Positions 1-10,109 of a stretch of DNA of 64,000 nucleotides are shown in pieces. This DNA comes from an uncultured bacterium (GTDB lineage Bacteria; Verrucomicrobiota; Verrucomicrobiia; Verrucomicrobiales; DEV007), in NCBI GenBank assembly GCA_963977015.1, contig CAXBMO010000003.1, positions 352,001 to 416,000 on the forward strand, given 5' to 3'. The stretch's first letter is position 1. Every line of letters starts with the position of its first letter. The notes beneath the pieces are model-generated. The model did not search any database, was not told where the DNA came from, and saw nothing but the letters and a program-made list of their open reading frames with translations. Both the position numbers and the translations under genes were made by a program.

Positions 1-441
1 GCGCCTGGAGCTGTCGCTCGATTGGAAGACATCGGCGTAAAACGGTTCCTGATTTCTTCGGCGGTGCGTTCGATCATGGCGCAACGCCTGGTCCGCCTCC
101 TTTGTGACGAATGCAAAAAGCCGGGAGGATTGACCGATTCCGAGATGAGGCGACTCAATTTGGATGCGCAGCAGGTTGGTCACGCAGACGTCCGAGTCCC
201 CGGCGGTTGCCGGGAATGTCGAAATACCGGTTACCGGAGCCGGAAAGGGATTTTTGAAATTCTCAACATCACTGATGACATCGCCAGAATGATCAATGAT
301 GACCTAACCACGACACAGCTTCGAAAACGGGCACGGGAACAGGGAATGCGAACCCTTCGCGAGGACGGAATTCGAAAAGTCCTCGCTGGAATCACCTCAG
401 CGTCAGAAATCGTGCGTGTAACCATGGCAGACAGCGATTGA
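1..441 (+). CDS. GspE/PilB family secretion ATPase, C-terminal part (5' truncated by window edge)
   Basis: Frame open from base 1 (APGAVARLEDIG...); AQRLVRLLC..C and GC..C..TGYRSRKGIFE Zn motifs; GMRTLREDG C-terminal motif. Confidence 0.93.
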   Translation, partial: APGAVARLEDIGVKRFLISSAVRSIMAQRLVRLLCDECKKPGGLTDSEMRRLNLDAQQVGHADVRVPGGCRECRNTGYRSRKGIFEILNITDDIARMINDDLTTTQLRKRAREQGMRTLREDGIRKVLAGITSASEIVRVTMADSD

Positions 442-481
442 TCATCCCCACCACTCCCCACTTTCGAAGAGCAATTTTTTC

Positions 482-2152
482 ATGAACGCACCTACCATTA
501 TCGACCTCCTGATCAGCCGCGATCTCATCGACGCCGCTCAGGGTGAAGACATTCTCAGCCAGTCCATGGGCTCGGAGAAGAGTGTCGTCGAAATCGTTGA
601 AGACTATGGAATCCTCAACGCGGATGCCCTCTACAACATGATTGCGGAGGATATCGGCGGGGTCTATTTCGACCTCAGTGAGTTTGAGCCGTCCGCCCAG
701 ATTCTCGGGATTATTCCTCCCGGCACCGCCCGTCTTCACGAGGCATTCCCGATCCAGTTCGACGAGACCGCGCTTTACGTGGCCTTGGCGAACCCTCTCG
801 ACCCCAACGTGGTCGACGATCTCCGCTTCACCTTGAATCAGGAAATCCGGGTGGTGGTGGCGAATCCCGCCCGAATTCGGGAGCTGATCAACACCTTCTA
901 TGCTGACGCCGGCCCCTCGGACATCAACGACGTACTTTCCGAGCTGGGCAGCCCTGGCGGGGATCTTTCCGCCGATGACCTCGAAGCTGAAGCCAACTCC
1001 GCCCCGATCATTCGCTACGTTGACCTTGTGCTCCTGCAGGCAATTAAGGAGCGAGCCAGCGACATCCACTTCGAGCCCTTCGAAGATGACTTCAAAATTC
1101 GATACCGGGTTGATGGTGCGCTCTACGAAATGGCGCCTCCGCCACAACACCTTCAACTGACCATTTCTTCTCGGATCAAAGTCATGGCCAACCTCAATAT
1201 TGCGGAACGCCGAGTTCCCCAGGATGGCCGGATTATGATGACGATCGCGGGGCAGGCGGTCGATTTGCGGGTTTCGACTCTTCCGACCCAGTTTGGAGAA
1301 TCGATCGTGCTTCGTGTTCTTGACCGGAGTTCCGTAAACCTGGATTTGGAGAATCTGAATCTACCGGGTTATGTTTCGGAATACATCGAGGAAACGATTT
1401 TGAAGCCGAATGGCATCTTCATCTGCACCGGACCCACCGGTGCCGGAAAGACCACCACGCTCTACGCCTGCCTCCGGAAGATTAACACGCTCGATACCAA
1501 GATCCTGACGGCCGAAGACCCGGTTGAGTACGACATTGATGGAATTATCCAGGTTCCAGTCCAGGAAGCCATTGACCTCACCTTTGCACGCGTCTTGCGG
1601 GCCTTCCTTCGCCAGGACCCGGACCGGATTCTCGTCGGGGAGATGCGCGACCTGGAAACCGCCCAAATTGCGATTCAGGCATCCCTGACCGGTCACCTGG
1701 TATTCTCAACCCTTCATACCAATGATGCCCCCGGAGCGGTGACCCGACTCGTCGATATGGGTTGTGAGCCCTTCCTGGTGGCAGCAACGATGGAGGGAGT
1801 GCTTGCCCAGCGCCTGCTGAGAACCGTGTGTCCCGACTGTCGTGTTCCGTATCAACCGACCGAAGCCCTTCTCGGAAAACTCGGCCTCAAACCGCACGAG
1901 ATCGGCAACAACCAATTCTACACCGGCGCAGGTTGTAATACCTGTAACGAAACCGGCTACAAAGGGCGCCAGGGCCTTTTTGAGTTGCTGGATATGAGTG
2001 ATCCCTTGCGGGACTTGGTGACGCAGCGAGTCGGCACGTTGGTTCTCAAACAAAAAGCCGTGGAAATGGGAATGAAAACGCTTCGGGAAGATGGCCTGCG
2101 CTGTATTTTTGAGGGCATCACCACGATCGAAGAGGTCCTCAAATACACTTAA
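482..2152 (+). CDS. GspE/PilB family type IV pilus/T2SS assembly ATPase
   Basis: ASDIHFEP, RRVPQDG, Walker A GPTGAGKTTT, LRQDPD..VGEMRD, STLHTND, CxxC...CxxC. Confidence 0.95.
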   Translation: MNAPTIIDLLISRDLIDAAQGEDILSQSMGSEKSVVEIVEDYGILNADALYNMIAEDIGGVYFDLSEFEPSAQILGIIPPGTARLHEAFPIQFDETALYVALANPLDPNVVDDLRFTLNQEIRVVVANPARIRELINTFYADAGPSDINDVLSELGSPGGDLSADDLEAEANSAPIIRYVDLVLLQAIKERASDIHFEPFEDDFKIRYRVDGALYEMAPPPQHLQLTISSRIKVMANLNIAERRVPQDGRIMMTIAGQAVDLRVSTLPTQFGESIVLRVLDRSSVNLDLENLNLPGYVSEYIEETILKPNGIFICTGPTGAGKTTTLYACLRKINTLDTKILTAEDPVEYDIDGIIQVPVQEAIDLTFARVLRAFLRQDPDRILVGEMRDLETAQIAIQASLTGHLVFSTLHTNDAPGAVTRLVDMGCEPFLVAATMEGVLAQRLLRTVCPDCRVPYQPTEALLGKLGLKPHEIGNNQFYTGAGCNTCNETGYKGRQGLFELLDMSDPLRDLVTQRVGTLVLKQKAVEMGMKTLREDGLRCIFEGITTIEEVLKYT

Positions 2153-2322
2153 GAGACATTTTCCGCCGCGAACCGAGATCTGATTTCCGCTGAAATTGCA
2201 CCATTTAACCCGTTGCAATCTTTCAGGTCATTCTGAATTTATCCCGGAATATCATTTACTTCCTGCTAGGACATTTTGTATTTTTCACTGTAAATACCTC
2301 TAAATCCCGGAACTAGACACCC

Positions 2323-3597
2323 ATGCCCAATTTCGAATACATCGCCCTCGACGCGAAAGGTCAGGAAACGACTGGCACCATTTCAGCGGCAAACGAGGCG
2401 GATGCCTATACCCAACTTCGCCGGAATGGATTGTATCCCACCAAAGTTGGTGAGCAGTCGAAAGGGGGTGTCGGTGGTCAGGCAAAACGGAAGGCAAAAT
2501 CAGCTCAGAAAAAGCGTGCCGCCGGTCGAAAAAAATCCAGTGGAAGCGTTACCCAAAAGACGCTGATGCTTTTTACCCGGCAACTTGCGACTCTGGTCGA
2601 TGCCGGCCTGCCCCTCCTCAAAGGATTGACGGTCCTCGGTGATCAGGAGAAAAACCCCAACATGCGAAGCGCCATCAACACCCTGGCGGACAGCGTCCAA
2701 ACGGGTTCGACGTTTTCGGAAAGTCTTGGGCAGCACCCAAAAATCTTCAACAAGCTCTACGTCAACATGGTGAAGGCTGGTGAGCTTGGTGGTGTCTTGG
2801 AAGTGGTCCTTAATCGACTCGCGGAATATCAGGAAAAGGCCCAAAAACTGAAGAACAAGATCGTCGCCGCGATGGTGTATCCGGTCATCGTGATGATTAT
2901 CGCGGTCGGTATCATTATTTTCCTGCTTACTTTCATCGTTCCCAAGTTTCAGAAGATTTTTGACGAAATGCTTGGCGGCAAAGCGCTTCCACCTGTGACG
3001 CAATTTGTCATCAACGCGTCCGATCTCGTACAGAACAATATCATTGTGCTGATTGGGGGTGTTCTCGTCCTTTTTGCCCTCTGGAAATTGGTGCAGGCGA
3101 CCAAAGGCGGTCGGCGCGTGATTGATCAGCTCAAACTCAAGATTCCCGTATTTGGGCCGGTTCAACAGAAAACGGCCATTGCGCGGTTTTCGCGCACGCT
3201 CGGAACCCTCGTCAGCAGTGGTGTGCCCATTCTTCAGGCCTTGAACATTACTCGCGACACGGCCGGAAACGTGGTGGTGTCCAACGCGATTGACAAGGTT
3301 CACGAAGCAGTTCGCGAGGGTGAGTCGATCGTTCATCCACTGGAGGCAAGCCGAGTTTTCCCTCCGATGGTGATCAGTATGGTTCAGGTGGGTGAAGAAA
3401 CCGGACAGTTGCCGGATATGTTGATGAAAATTGCCGATGTCTATGACGACGAAGTTGATACGGCGGTAGCCGGCCTTACCTCGATGTTGGAGCCAATCAT
3501 GATCGTTATTCTTGCACTGGTAGTTGGAACGGTTGTGATGGCATTGTTTCTTCCACTGGTCAGCATTATCACCAACCTGCAAAACCAGGCGGGATAA
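2323..3597 (+). CDS. pilC: Type II secretion F / PilC inner-membrane platform protein
   Basis: FTRQLATLVDAGLPL, NMVKAGELGG, GEETGQL motifs; follows the PilB/GspE genes. Confidence 0.93.
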   Translation: MPNFEYIALDAKGQETTGTISAANEADAYTQLRRNGLYPTKVGEQSKGGVGGQAKRKAKSAQKKRAAGRKKSSGSVTQKTLMLFTRQLATLVDAGLPLLKGLTVLGDQEKNPNMRSAINTLADSVQTGSTFSESLGQHPKIFNKLYVNMVKAGELGGVLEVVLNRLAEYQEKAQKLKNKIVAAMVYPVIVMIIAVGIIIFLLTFIVPKFQKIFDEMLGGKALPPVTQFVINASDLVQNNIIVLIGGVLVLFALWKLVQATKGGRRVIDQLKLKIPVFGPVQQKTAIARFSRTLGTLVSSGVPILQALNITRDTAGNVVVSNAIDKVHEAVREGESIVHPLEASRVFPPMVISMVQVGEETGQLPDMLMKIADVYDDEVDTAVAGLTSMLEPIMIVILALVVGTVVMALFLPLVSIITNLQNQAG

Positions 3598-3624
3598 AAC
3601 CCAACCCCTCAGACCTCCCCTCTT

Positions 3625-4224
3625 ATGAAAATCGTAAGCAATAGCCAACAATGCCACCGAGGATGGACGCTCACGGAACTTCTCTTCGTGATGCTCATCA
3701 TGATCGGACTGGCAGGATTGGTCGCCGGTTCGATTGGCCCCGTAAAAAACAGGGTGACCCGCTATCAAGCAAGTGCCCAACTCGGGATGTTGGCGACTGG
3801 ATTGGCGGACTATAACTCCGAATATGGCGGTTTTCCGATCTGCGAAGACTTGGCGGATAGTGGAAACATCCTTTACAAAACCTTGTTTGGTGATTTTGAC
3901 GAGTCGGGCAAACCGGACTGGCTGGCGACCGACAAAAACGATGGTGCCGTCAAAACGTTTGTCACCAAACTCCAGCCCCACCCCAATGTTCTAGACTCAG
4001 ATCCCGAGACGCTCCCTCAAGGAACGACCTATGTTCTGGATTTGGATAATGGGCTTACGGTCGTGGATCCGTGGAATATGCCTCTGGGCTACATCAACTT
4101 CCGGAAAGGCCAGAATTCGCAGGTTCCGAACGGTGGGGGTGCCAAGAATCCCACCTACGACCTCTGGAGTTTCGGCAACGACCAGTCTTTCAAGAACGAG
4201 GCGACGTGGATCACCAATTGGTAA
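3625..4224 (+). CDS. Prepilin / GspG-like pseudopilin
   Basis: Prepilin cleavage/N-methylation motif G|WTLTELL plus hydrophobic helix; DPW and YDLWSFG C-terminal GspG-like motifs. Confidence 0.85.
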   Translation: MKIVSNSQQCHRGWTLTELLFVMLIMIGLAGLVAGSIGPVKNRVTRYQASAQLGMLATGLADYNSEYGGFPICEDLADSGNILYKTLFGDFDESGKPDWLATDKNDGAVKTFVTKLQPHPNVLDSDPETLPQGTTYVLDLDNGLTVVDPWNMPLGYINFRKGQNSQVPNGGGAKNPTYDLWSFGNDQSFKNEATWITNW

Positions 4225-4291
4225 CGCGCAGATCGGGTAAGGCGTAACGAATTTCGAGCTTTTCGAATGTCGGCCAAGCGGTTTCCGCTCC

Positions 4292-5710
4292 CTACGAATA
4301 GCTTTTTCGCATGTGGCTGGGAAGAATGTCCAATTCTTCCCGGTATTTGGCGACGGTTCTGCGGGCAATCTTGATTCCCTTTTCCTCGAGCGCCTTTACG
4401 ATCGCCTGATCGCTGAGAGGTTTGTGAGGATCTTCTTCCGCTACAATTTCCGCGATCGTATCTTTCACGCTCGTGTTCGCGACACTCTCGCCACTGTCGG
4501 TCTGGTAACCAGTGGTAAAGAAGAACTTCATATCGAGAACACCCTGAGGGGTCGAAATAAACTTCCCGGCAATGGCACGACTGACCGTCGTCTCGTGAAC
4601 GCCAACGGCTTCCGCCACTTGCGCCATGTTCATGGGATGAAGATGCGCACGACCTTTGTCAAAGAAATCGACTTGTCGAATGACAATTTCTCCGGCGATC
4701 CGGCGGATGGTGTCCTGCCGTTGCTGGATGCTTTGAATTAAACTGCGACCGCTCCGAATCTTATCCTTGATGTAGCTTCGAACCTCCCGTTGGTCCCCTT
4801 TTTCCGCCATCATGTCCTTATAGGTGTTGCTGATTCGCAACCTGGGAACCTGTTCGTTGTTCAACCGGATCTGATAGTTCCCGTCCTCATCGACTTCGAC
4901 GAAAACATCCGGAGTGATAAAGCGATTATCTCCACTCTCGAAGAGTCGCCCCGGCTTGGGATCCAGCCGGCCGATGGTTTCCGCCGCCTGACTCACCTGC
5001 TCAGCAGTTACGCCCAGTTTTTTGGCAATCTGCGGGAAACGGCGCTTCGCAAGATCTGGGAGATGATCGTTGATAATTCGGTATTCGAGCCCAAACGGCT
5101 TTCCGCTGCGTTCAAGCTGGGCAATCAGGCATTCCCCCAGAGATTCCGCCCCTACCCCGGCAGGCTCAAAGGACTGGATAATGCTCTTGGCATTTACCAG
5201 GTCTTCCAGCGGGATTCCATTGCTTAAACTTAGTTCCTCAACCCCAATTTGGAGAAAACCGTTCTCGTCAAGATTGCCGATCAACATCTCCGCCATGCTT
5301 CTTGCCGGCTCCTCAATCCCCTCGGTGCTCAATTGCTCCAGCAAGCTCTCCTGAAGGGTTACCGGTCGGACCAGCGAGTCGAACATAAATTGGCGTTTTT
5401 CCTCATCGGCGGCGCTGCGTTGACTGACCTTGCGCGATTGGGCCATGTACTCCCGCCACTCATCGTCCATTTGCGAAAGCTTGGAAAACTCCTCCTCAAA
5501 CCCCTCATCGTCTTCGTTGAGATTCTGATCCTCAATCGAAATATCGGAAGTTTCATCCTCCAGGACCGGATTCGCGTTCAACTCCTGTTGGACCAAAGTA
5601 CGCAGCTCCAAAGTGGCAGCCTGCAAGATCTGCAGACTCTGCTGCATTTGCGGGGCGAGCTTCTGGGATTGTTTGAGCTCAGGCCGTTGAGAGAAGCCGG
5701 TTGATGACAT
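4292..5710 (-). CDS. rpoN: RNA polymerase sigma-54 factor
   Basis: N-terminal Q-rich region (QMQQSLQILQ), VHETTVSRA HTH, RpoN box ARRTVAKYRE; ATG at 5710 preferred to the ORF-track start at 5746. Confidence 0.96.
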   Translation of the reverse strand: MSSTGFSQRPELKQSQKLAPQMQQSLQILQAATLELRTLVQQELNANPVLEDETSDISIEDQNLNEDDEGFEEEFSKLSQMDDEWREYMAQSRKVSQRSAADEEKRQFMFDSLVRPVTLQESLLEQLSTEGIEEPARSMAEMLIGNLDENGFLQIGVEELSLSNGIPLEDLVNAKSIIQSFEPAGVGAESLGECLIAQLERSGKPFGLEYRIINDHLPDLAKRRFPQIAKKLGVTAEQVSQAAETIGRLDPKPGRLFESGDNRFITPDVFVEVDEDGNYQIRLNNEQVPRLRISNTYKDMMAEKGDQREVRSYIKDKIRSGRSLIQSIQQRQDTIRRIAGEIVIRQVDFFDKGRAHLHPMNMAQVAEAVGVHETTVSRAIAGKFISTPQGVLDMKFFFTTGYQTDSGESVANTSVKDTIAEIVAEEDPHKPLSDQAIVKALEEKGIKIARRTVAKYREELDILPSHMRKSYS

Positions 5711-5815
5711 TAAGGAAAGGTTGTTCGCAGATTCAACATATCTCAAGCATTTTTCGGGCCAACCTTACCAAAAAACATCCCTTGCGGACTAAACGGGATG
5801 ATAGAGTATTCAATA

Positions 5816-6352
5816 ATGTTTAATTCGTTCGATCCGGAAGACCCCCTTTCAGTAACCAAAACGGATGATCACTTTATGGGGGAGGCTCTCCGGCAAGCTC
5901 AGCTTGCGTACAAGGCCACAGAAGTGCCGGTTGGAGCCGTAATTATCCATGAAGGCCGGGTCATCGCACGGGGCTACAATCAGGTTGAACTCCTCAAGGA
6001 TGCCACGGCTCATGCTGAGATGCTCGCCCTGACTTCCGCTCAATCCGCAATCGGTGACTGGCGGTTGACCGACTGTGACCTCTTCGTGACCAAAGAACCA
6101 TGTCCCATGTGCGCCGGGGCCATTGTCCATTGCCGGATCAGACGAGTCATCTTCGGTTGTTCTGACGCCAAGGGAGGCGCTGCAGGTGGGCTCCTCAACT
6201 TGCTACAGGAGCCTTCTCTAAACCATCAGAGCGAAATTACCCCCGGTGTCCGAGAAGAAGAGTCTGTCGCCATGTTGAAGTCGTTTTTCGCAGAGGCACG
6301 CCAGCGAAGCAAGGCCGACAAGGGCCAACCTCCTTTTACGTCGGCAAACTAA
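5816..6352 (+). CDS. tadA: tRNA adenosine(34) deaminase
   Basis: EVPVGA, TAHAE, EPCPMC zinc-deaminase motifs; start could be 5798 or 5816. Confidence 0.92.
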   Translation: MFNSFDPEDPLSVTKTDDHFMGEALRQAQLAYKATEVPVGAVIIHEGRVIARGYNQVELLKDATAHAEMLALTSAQSAIGDWRLTDCDLFVTKEPCPMCAGAIVHCRIRRVIFGCSDAKGGAAGGLLNLLQEPSLNHQSEITPGVREEESVAMLKSFFAEARQRSKADKGQPPFTSAN

Positions 6353-6738
6353 ACCGGAGCCGGCGGCAACGACGCCAACGGAGTTGCTTTTTCCCGCAGT
6401 TCCTTCACAAAGCGGTTCTTTTTGTCCACCAAGATCGCCTTTGGCTCGATTGGTTTTTCAGAAAAACAAAAACCGATAATGATGATTTCCTCTCCTGCGT
6501 TGATCAAGTGAGCGGCGGCACCATTCATCCCAATTCGCCCACTCTCCCTTTCACCTTCGATCACGTAAGTCTCTAATCGCGCACCGGAAGTGTTGCTGAC
6601 GACCAATACTTTTTGACCTGGCCAGAACCCTGCGCGTTCCATCAGGTCCACGTCAATGGTGATGCTACCCACGTAGTTGACATCCGCCTCAGTGACGGTG
6701 GCTTGGTGAATTTTGCCTTGGAGTACTTCGCGAAACAT
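6349..6738 (-). CDS. panD: Aspartate 1-decarboxylase
   Basis: KIHQATVT, YVG|SITID pyruvoyl cleavage site, GARLETY, NGAAAH; start set at MFREVL. Confidence 0.95.
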   Translation of the reverse strand: MFREVLQGKIHQATVTEADVNYVGSITIDVDLMERAGFWPGQKVLVVSNTSGARLETYVIEGERESGRIGMNGAAAHLINAGEEIIIIGFCFSEKPIEPKAILVDKKNRFVKELREKATPLASLPPAPV

Positions 6739-6856
6739 CAAAAGATGCAGTTTGAGATGAAAAACAAGCATTACGGTCCAATCAGATGCTGGTGAAATCA
6801 ACTCTTAAGGGCAATGCTGACACAGGTGAGACATCAAGCACTGCTTTTCGGCCCCA

Positions 6857-9800
6857 TCAAAGTAGTTCTTCGATTTTGGACCCAACGGCTTCTGCGGCAA
6901 CTTCCAGGGAATCCGAACCACGCAGCGAAACCACCCTCAATCCGCCGCTGATGCACTTGGACCACCCTAGATCTGAGTTCTCGGCTCTGAAAAACGACTT
7001 GGAAGCCCCCAACCTCAAGAGGGCAACATTCCCCGCATAGGATTCATCGAGATGCTCTTCGTCGAGCAGATACTGAATTCTGGCGAGCTTTTTCATTTTC
7101 TTCCAAACGCCAGCCACCTGCTTGTATTTCGCAGGCACATTCGCACCAATCCCCTCCCTTTTCGACAATCCGCCAAACCACCTTCGCCCGATCGAGGCAA
7201 ATCTCGGTTGAGCTTCAATGGGAATCACCAGGGGGACCTCTCGACCACCTTCCCGCAGTTGGCGCGCCATCTCGACTGCAACTCTCCCGCCAAAACCGAT
7301 TCCGCCAATCGAAACCGGCCCATCCCCAATTTGGGTTTGGATTTCAGACGCATAGTGCCTCGCCATGGAGCGAACGTCTCCGAATTCCTCAAAACCGCTC
7401 AAAGCGCGACTCGCAACGGCAAAAACCGGCCTCTCCGGTGAAACTGATGCAGCAATCCGCGAATAAATCCCCAACGCTCCCAGCCCCAGATCATGGATGA
7501 GAACGAGAGGGACTTTGCTTCCACCTTCCCTCAGCGGGATCAACCCAGACCAGTTGGATAGAGTATCGTCATAGCTTTTCAGGAACTGGCGTAATTCTGC
7601 GATGGTTTCCCGCGACCTCACCTCTTTGATTGAGACTTTCCGCTTCAACTGGTGGGTAAACGCAACCACCATTGCGGCAAGTCCATCCAGATCTCCTCCC
7701 AGTTCCGAGAATCGGAGGGTTTGATCTGACGGAACACCGCCAAGAATCTGTCCCCAAATAACGCCAACCTCCTTATCCAGATCCTCCCGTATCCTTCGCC
7801 TTCCGGTTCCGGGGGCTCTCTTTTTCGACAAATCAGACGCTGCGGGGCTGACTTTTTCAGAAGCCGTTTCCTCCTCCACCGCAGGTGACTCCAACAGTTC
7901 CACAGGTTTGTTTTTTTCCTGCTTCAACTCGGCGAATTCCAGATTCCCGCTTGGCATCCATCTCCCGGCAGTTTTCGCGACAAACCATCGTTCCCCCTTT
8001 ACCTCCACAATCGAACTCTGATCAGATTTCGATGAATCGGAATAGGCTTTGGCGATTGAGATTCCTCCAAACCACACCCTCCCCCACACGCCCAAGGGAA
8101 GAAGTTTTCCTGCCGAGTTTCGAACTTCCACCCGGGTGTTGTCCATGGGCTTGCCGAAGGACACTGGCGCCCCTGAATCACCGACTTCCACCGTATCAAA
8201 GGTGCTGGCGATTCCGGCCGTTTCCGTCTCTCCGTAGTAGGCGATCAACGTGGAATCCGGTATCCATTTCCGGAAATCCAGGACACCTTCGGTTTTCGGG
8301 CTCCCGTAAACAAACCAATGTCGCATGTTGACCAGATCCAATGCTTCCTCTTGTTGAATCGCCCTGATTAACGGTGCCAGCATCGCGTCGTCGGAAAACA
8401 TTCTCGAAACCCGATTGTTGATCAGAATCCGGATCAGATTCTCAGGATGGGTGACCGTTTTTCGATCGACGAGAACCACGGGAATTCCCTCGAGAAGCGG
8501 CACCAGTAGTTCGTAAATGAAATGGTGGGAGGCTGGCGAATGGTGGGCGCAGGCAGTTTGGCCGATTCTGAAAGGGTAGACACGCCAAAACCACGCAAAC
8601 CGATTGATCAAGGCTCGGTGGGAGATTTTGACGTAAGAATCATCAGACAACCTCAGAACCAAGGCCGTGGCGTCGGGCAGAATGGATACGGCACTGGCGG
8701 AATCGGAGTCGCGCTTTGAAAATGGGCGAAGCTTTTCGAGACTCAACCGCTTCGCGGGAAACTCCCTCACAACTGGAGCCGTTTGATCATGAATCCAAAC
8801 GACCGGCTGGAGATCCTCAAGAATTCCCCGAACGCCATCGGTCGCCTTACTTCCGTCAATGGGAACGACCGCCGCCCCGATTTTCCATATCGCGAGAAAG
8901 CTCGCCACCAGATCAAGCGAACGTTCTGCCGATATCGCAATATTTTGGCCCGCTGAAGCCCCCATGCTCCGCAATTGAACCGCGATCTGATTCACCCGGG
9001 TATTCAGCTTGTTGTAGGAGGCGTTTCCCTGGTTATCAACCAACGCCGTGGTCGCCGGCCGAAGCTCGTATCGGGCTTCAAAAAGCTGATGAATCGTTCT
9101 TCCGCGAAAGTCGCTCAACCGCTCCGTCTCATTCCATTCCGAGAGACTTTCCCGCTCATTCTCAGTGAGAAACTCAACGTCAACAATGGGCCGGTCCGGA
9201 TCAGAGGATAGCCAGGCCGCCAACGTCACGAGATGGCCCATGATGCGATTGGCGCCCCCTCTCGAGAACCGAAAGGTATTGTATTGGAGCGAAAGCCCGC
9301 TCTTTGCTGACCACGAAAAGGCGAGATCGCACCCTGCGGATGAAATTCTGGAGGCTGGGTATTCCCCAAACACGACGGACATCGCCGGACGTAACTTGGA
9401 GATATCTCTGGCTGCCATCTCCTCCAGCAACTCTCTCGACGGACTCGAACGCGAAACCAATCCGGGTTTTTCCAACAGATCCCGGAAGCTCGTCCGATGA
9501 TCGAAGGTTGATTGGACGACTGCAGTGGCAGAAACAAATCCAAGAATCAAATCGGCAATCGGGTCTTCGCAGCGCGGGCGAGTCAAGGGTTGGTCCGAAC
9601 TTGTCCCCATTGCTATCTGCTCGGTTTCCTGACCGTAACCGATCAACAGCGCCAAAACCAACGCCTCCCAAAGTTCGGCCAGCGAACGATTCACCTCCTC
9701 AGCAAACGCGATCATCAGTGGCTCAATTCCCGCTTCCAGCCGTCGCTCCACCTTGGCAAAGTGAAATCCATCACCCGGCTTCGCGGGGAGATCAAACGGG

Positions 9801-9904
9801 AGATTGATCGCGCTTTCGTCGGTGCACAGCTTCTGCTGCCAATAAGCATCGGCGACACTTTCAGAAACGATTTCAGGATTGGTGGGTAACGGACTTTCAG
9901 TCAT
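6857..9904 (-). CDS. Degenerate single-module NRPS-like protein (partial C, A core, T, TE); catalytic motifs altered
   Basis: YWQQKL..LPFD, LQYN, WNET..TIHQLFE, GAAVVPID, YYGETET, FGKPMDNT, FSELGGD and TE-like LIPLREGG..PLVLIH; canonical catalytic residues absent. Confidence 0.8.
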   Translation of the reverse strand: MTESPLPTNPEIVSESVADAYWQQKLCTDESAINLPFDLPAKPGDGFHFAKVERRLEAGIEPLMIAFAEEVNRSLAELWEALVLALLIGYGQETEQIAMGTSSDQPLTRPRCEDPIADLILGFVSATAVVQSTFDHRTSFRDLLEKPGLVSRSSPSRELLEEMAARDISKLRPAMSVVFGEYPASRISSAGCDLAFSWSAKSGLSLQYNTFRFSRGGANRIMGHLVTLAAWLSSDPDRPIVDVEFLTENERESLSEWNETERLSDFRGRTIHQLFEARYELRPATTALVDNQGNASYNKLNTRVNQIAVQLRSMGASAGQNIAISAERSLDLVASFLAIWKIGAAVVPIDGSKATDGVRGILEDLQPVVWIHDQTAPVVREFPAKRLSLEKLRPFSKRDSDSASAVSILPDATALVLRLSDDSYVKISHRALINRFAWFWRVYPFRIGQTACAHHSPASHHFIYELLVPLLEGIPVVLVDRKTVTHPENLIRILINNRVSRMFSDDAMLAPLIRAIQQEEALDLVNMRHWFVYGSPKTEGVLDFRKWIPDSTLIAYYGETETAGIASTFDTVEVGDSGAPVSFGKPMDNTRVEVRNSAGKLLPLGVWGRVWFGGISIAKAYSDSSKSDQSSIVEVKGERWFVAKTAGRWMPSGNLEFAELKQEKNKPVELLESPAVEEETASEKVSPAASDLSKKRAPGTGRRRIREDLDKEVGVIWGQILGGVPSDQTLRFSELGGDLDGLAAMVVAFTHQLKRKVSIKEVRSRETIAELRQFLKSYDDTLSNWSGLIPLREGGSKVPLVLIHDLGLGALGIYSRIAASVSPERPVFAVASRALSGFEEFGDVRSMARHYASEIQTQIGDGPVSIGGIGFGGRVAVEMARQLREGGREVPLVIPIEAQPRFASIGRRWFGGLSKREGIGANVPAKYKQVAGVWKKMKKLARIQYLLDEEHLDESYAGNVALLRLGASKSFFRAENSDLGWSKCISGGLRVVSLRGSDSLEVAAEAVGSKIEELL

Positions 9905-10109
9905 TGCGACGCTGCATCGCGACAATTATGGACTACTGGAGTGGGTTGGATTGGCGATTGGCGGAAATTACTCACTAATGGGATGATTTTCCACCGGCAG
10001 ACGAGAGTTTCGCCGGAACGGACGCGATGTGCACTCTCGCGAGGCAGGATCGCTCGTTCTTTCTTCCACTTAGACGATGATCAACCCCGATCAGTCGCGA
10101 TTTTCTCCG

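Noticed and set aside
2194-2219. ATTGCA-N13-TGCAAT dyad upstream of pilC as a sigma-54 promoter or enhancer
   Set aside because: No correctly spaced -24 GG / -12 GC; a short dyad in an AT-rich spacer may be chance
2500-3981. 493-aa minus-strand ORF, and similar long antisense ORFs such as 44690-45871, 54809-55795 and 34072-35067
   Set aside because: Each lies opposite a clearly identifiable gene; expected shadows from codon bias
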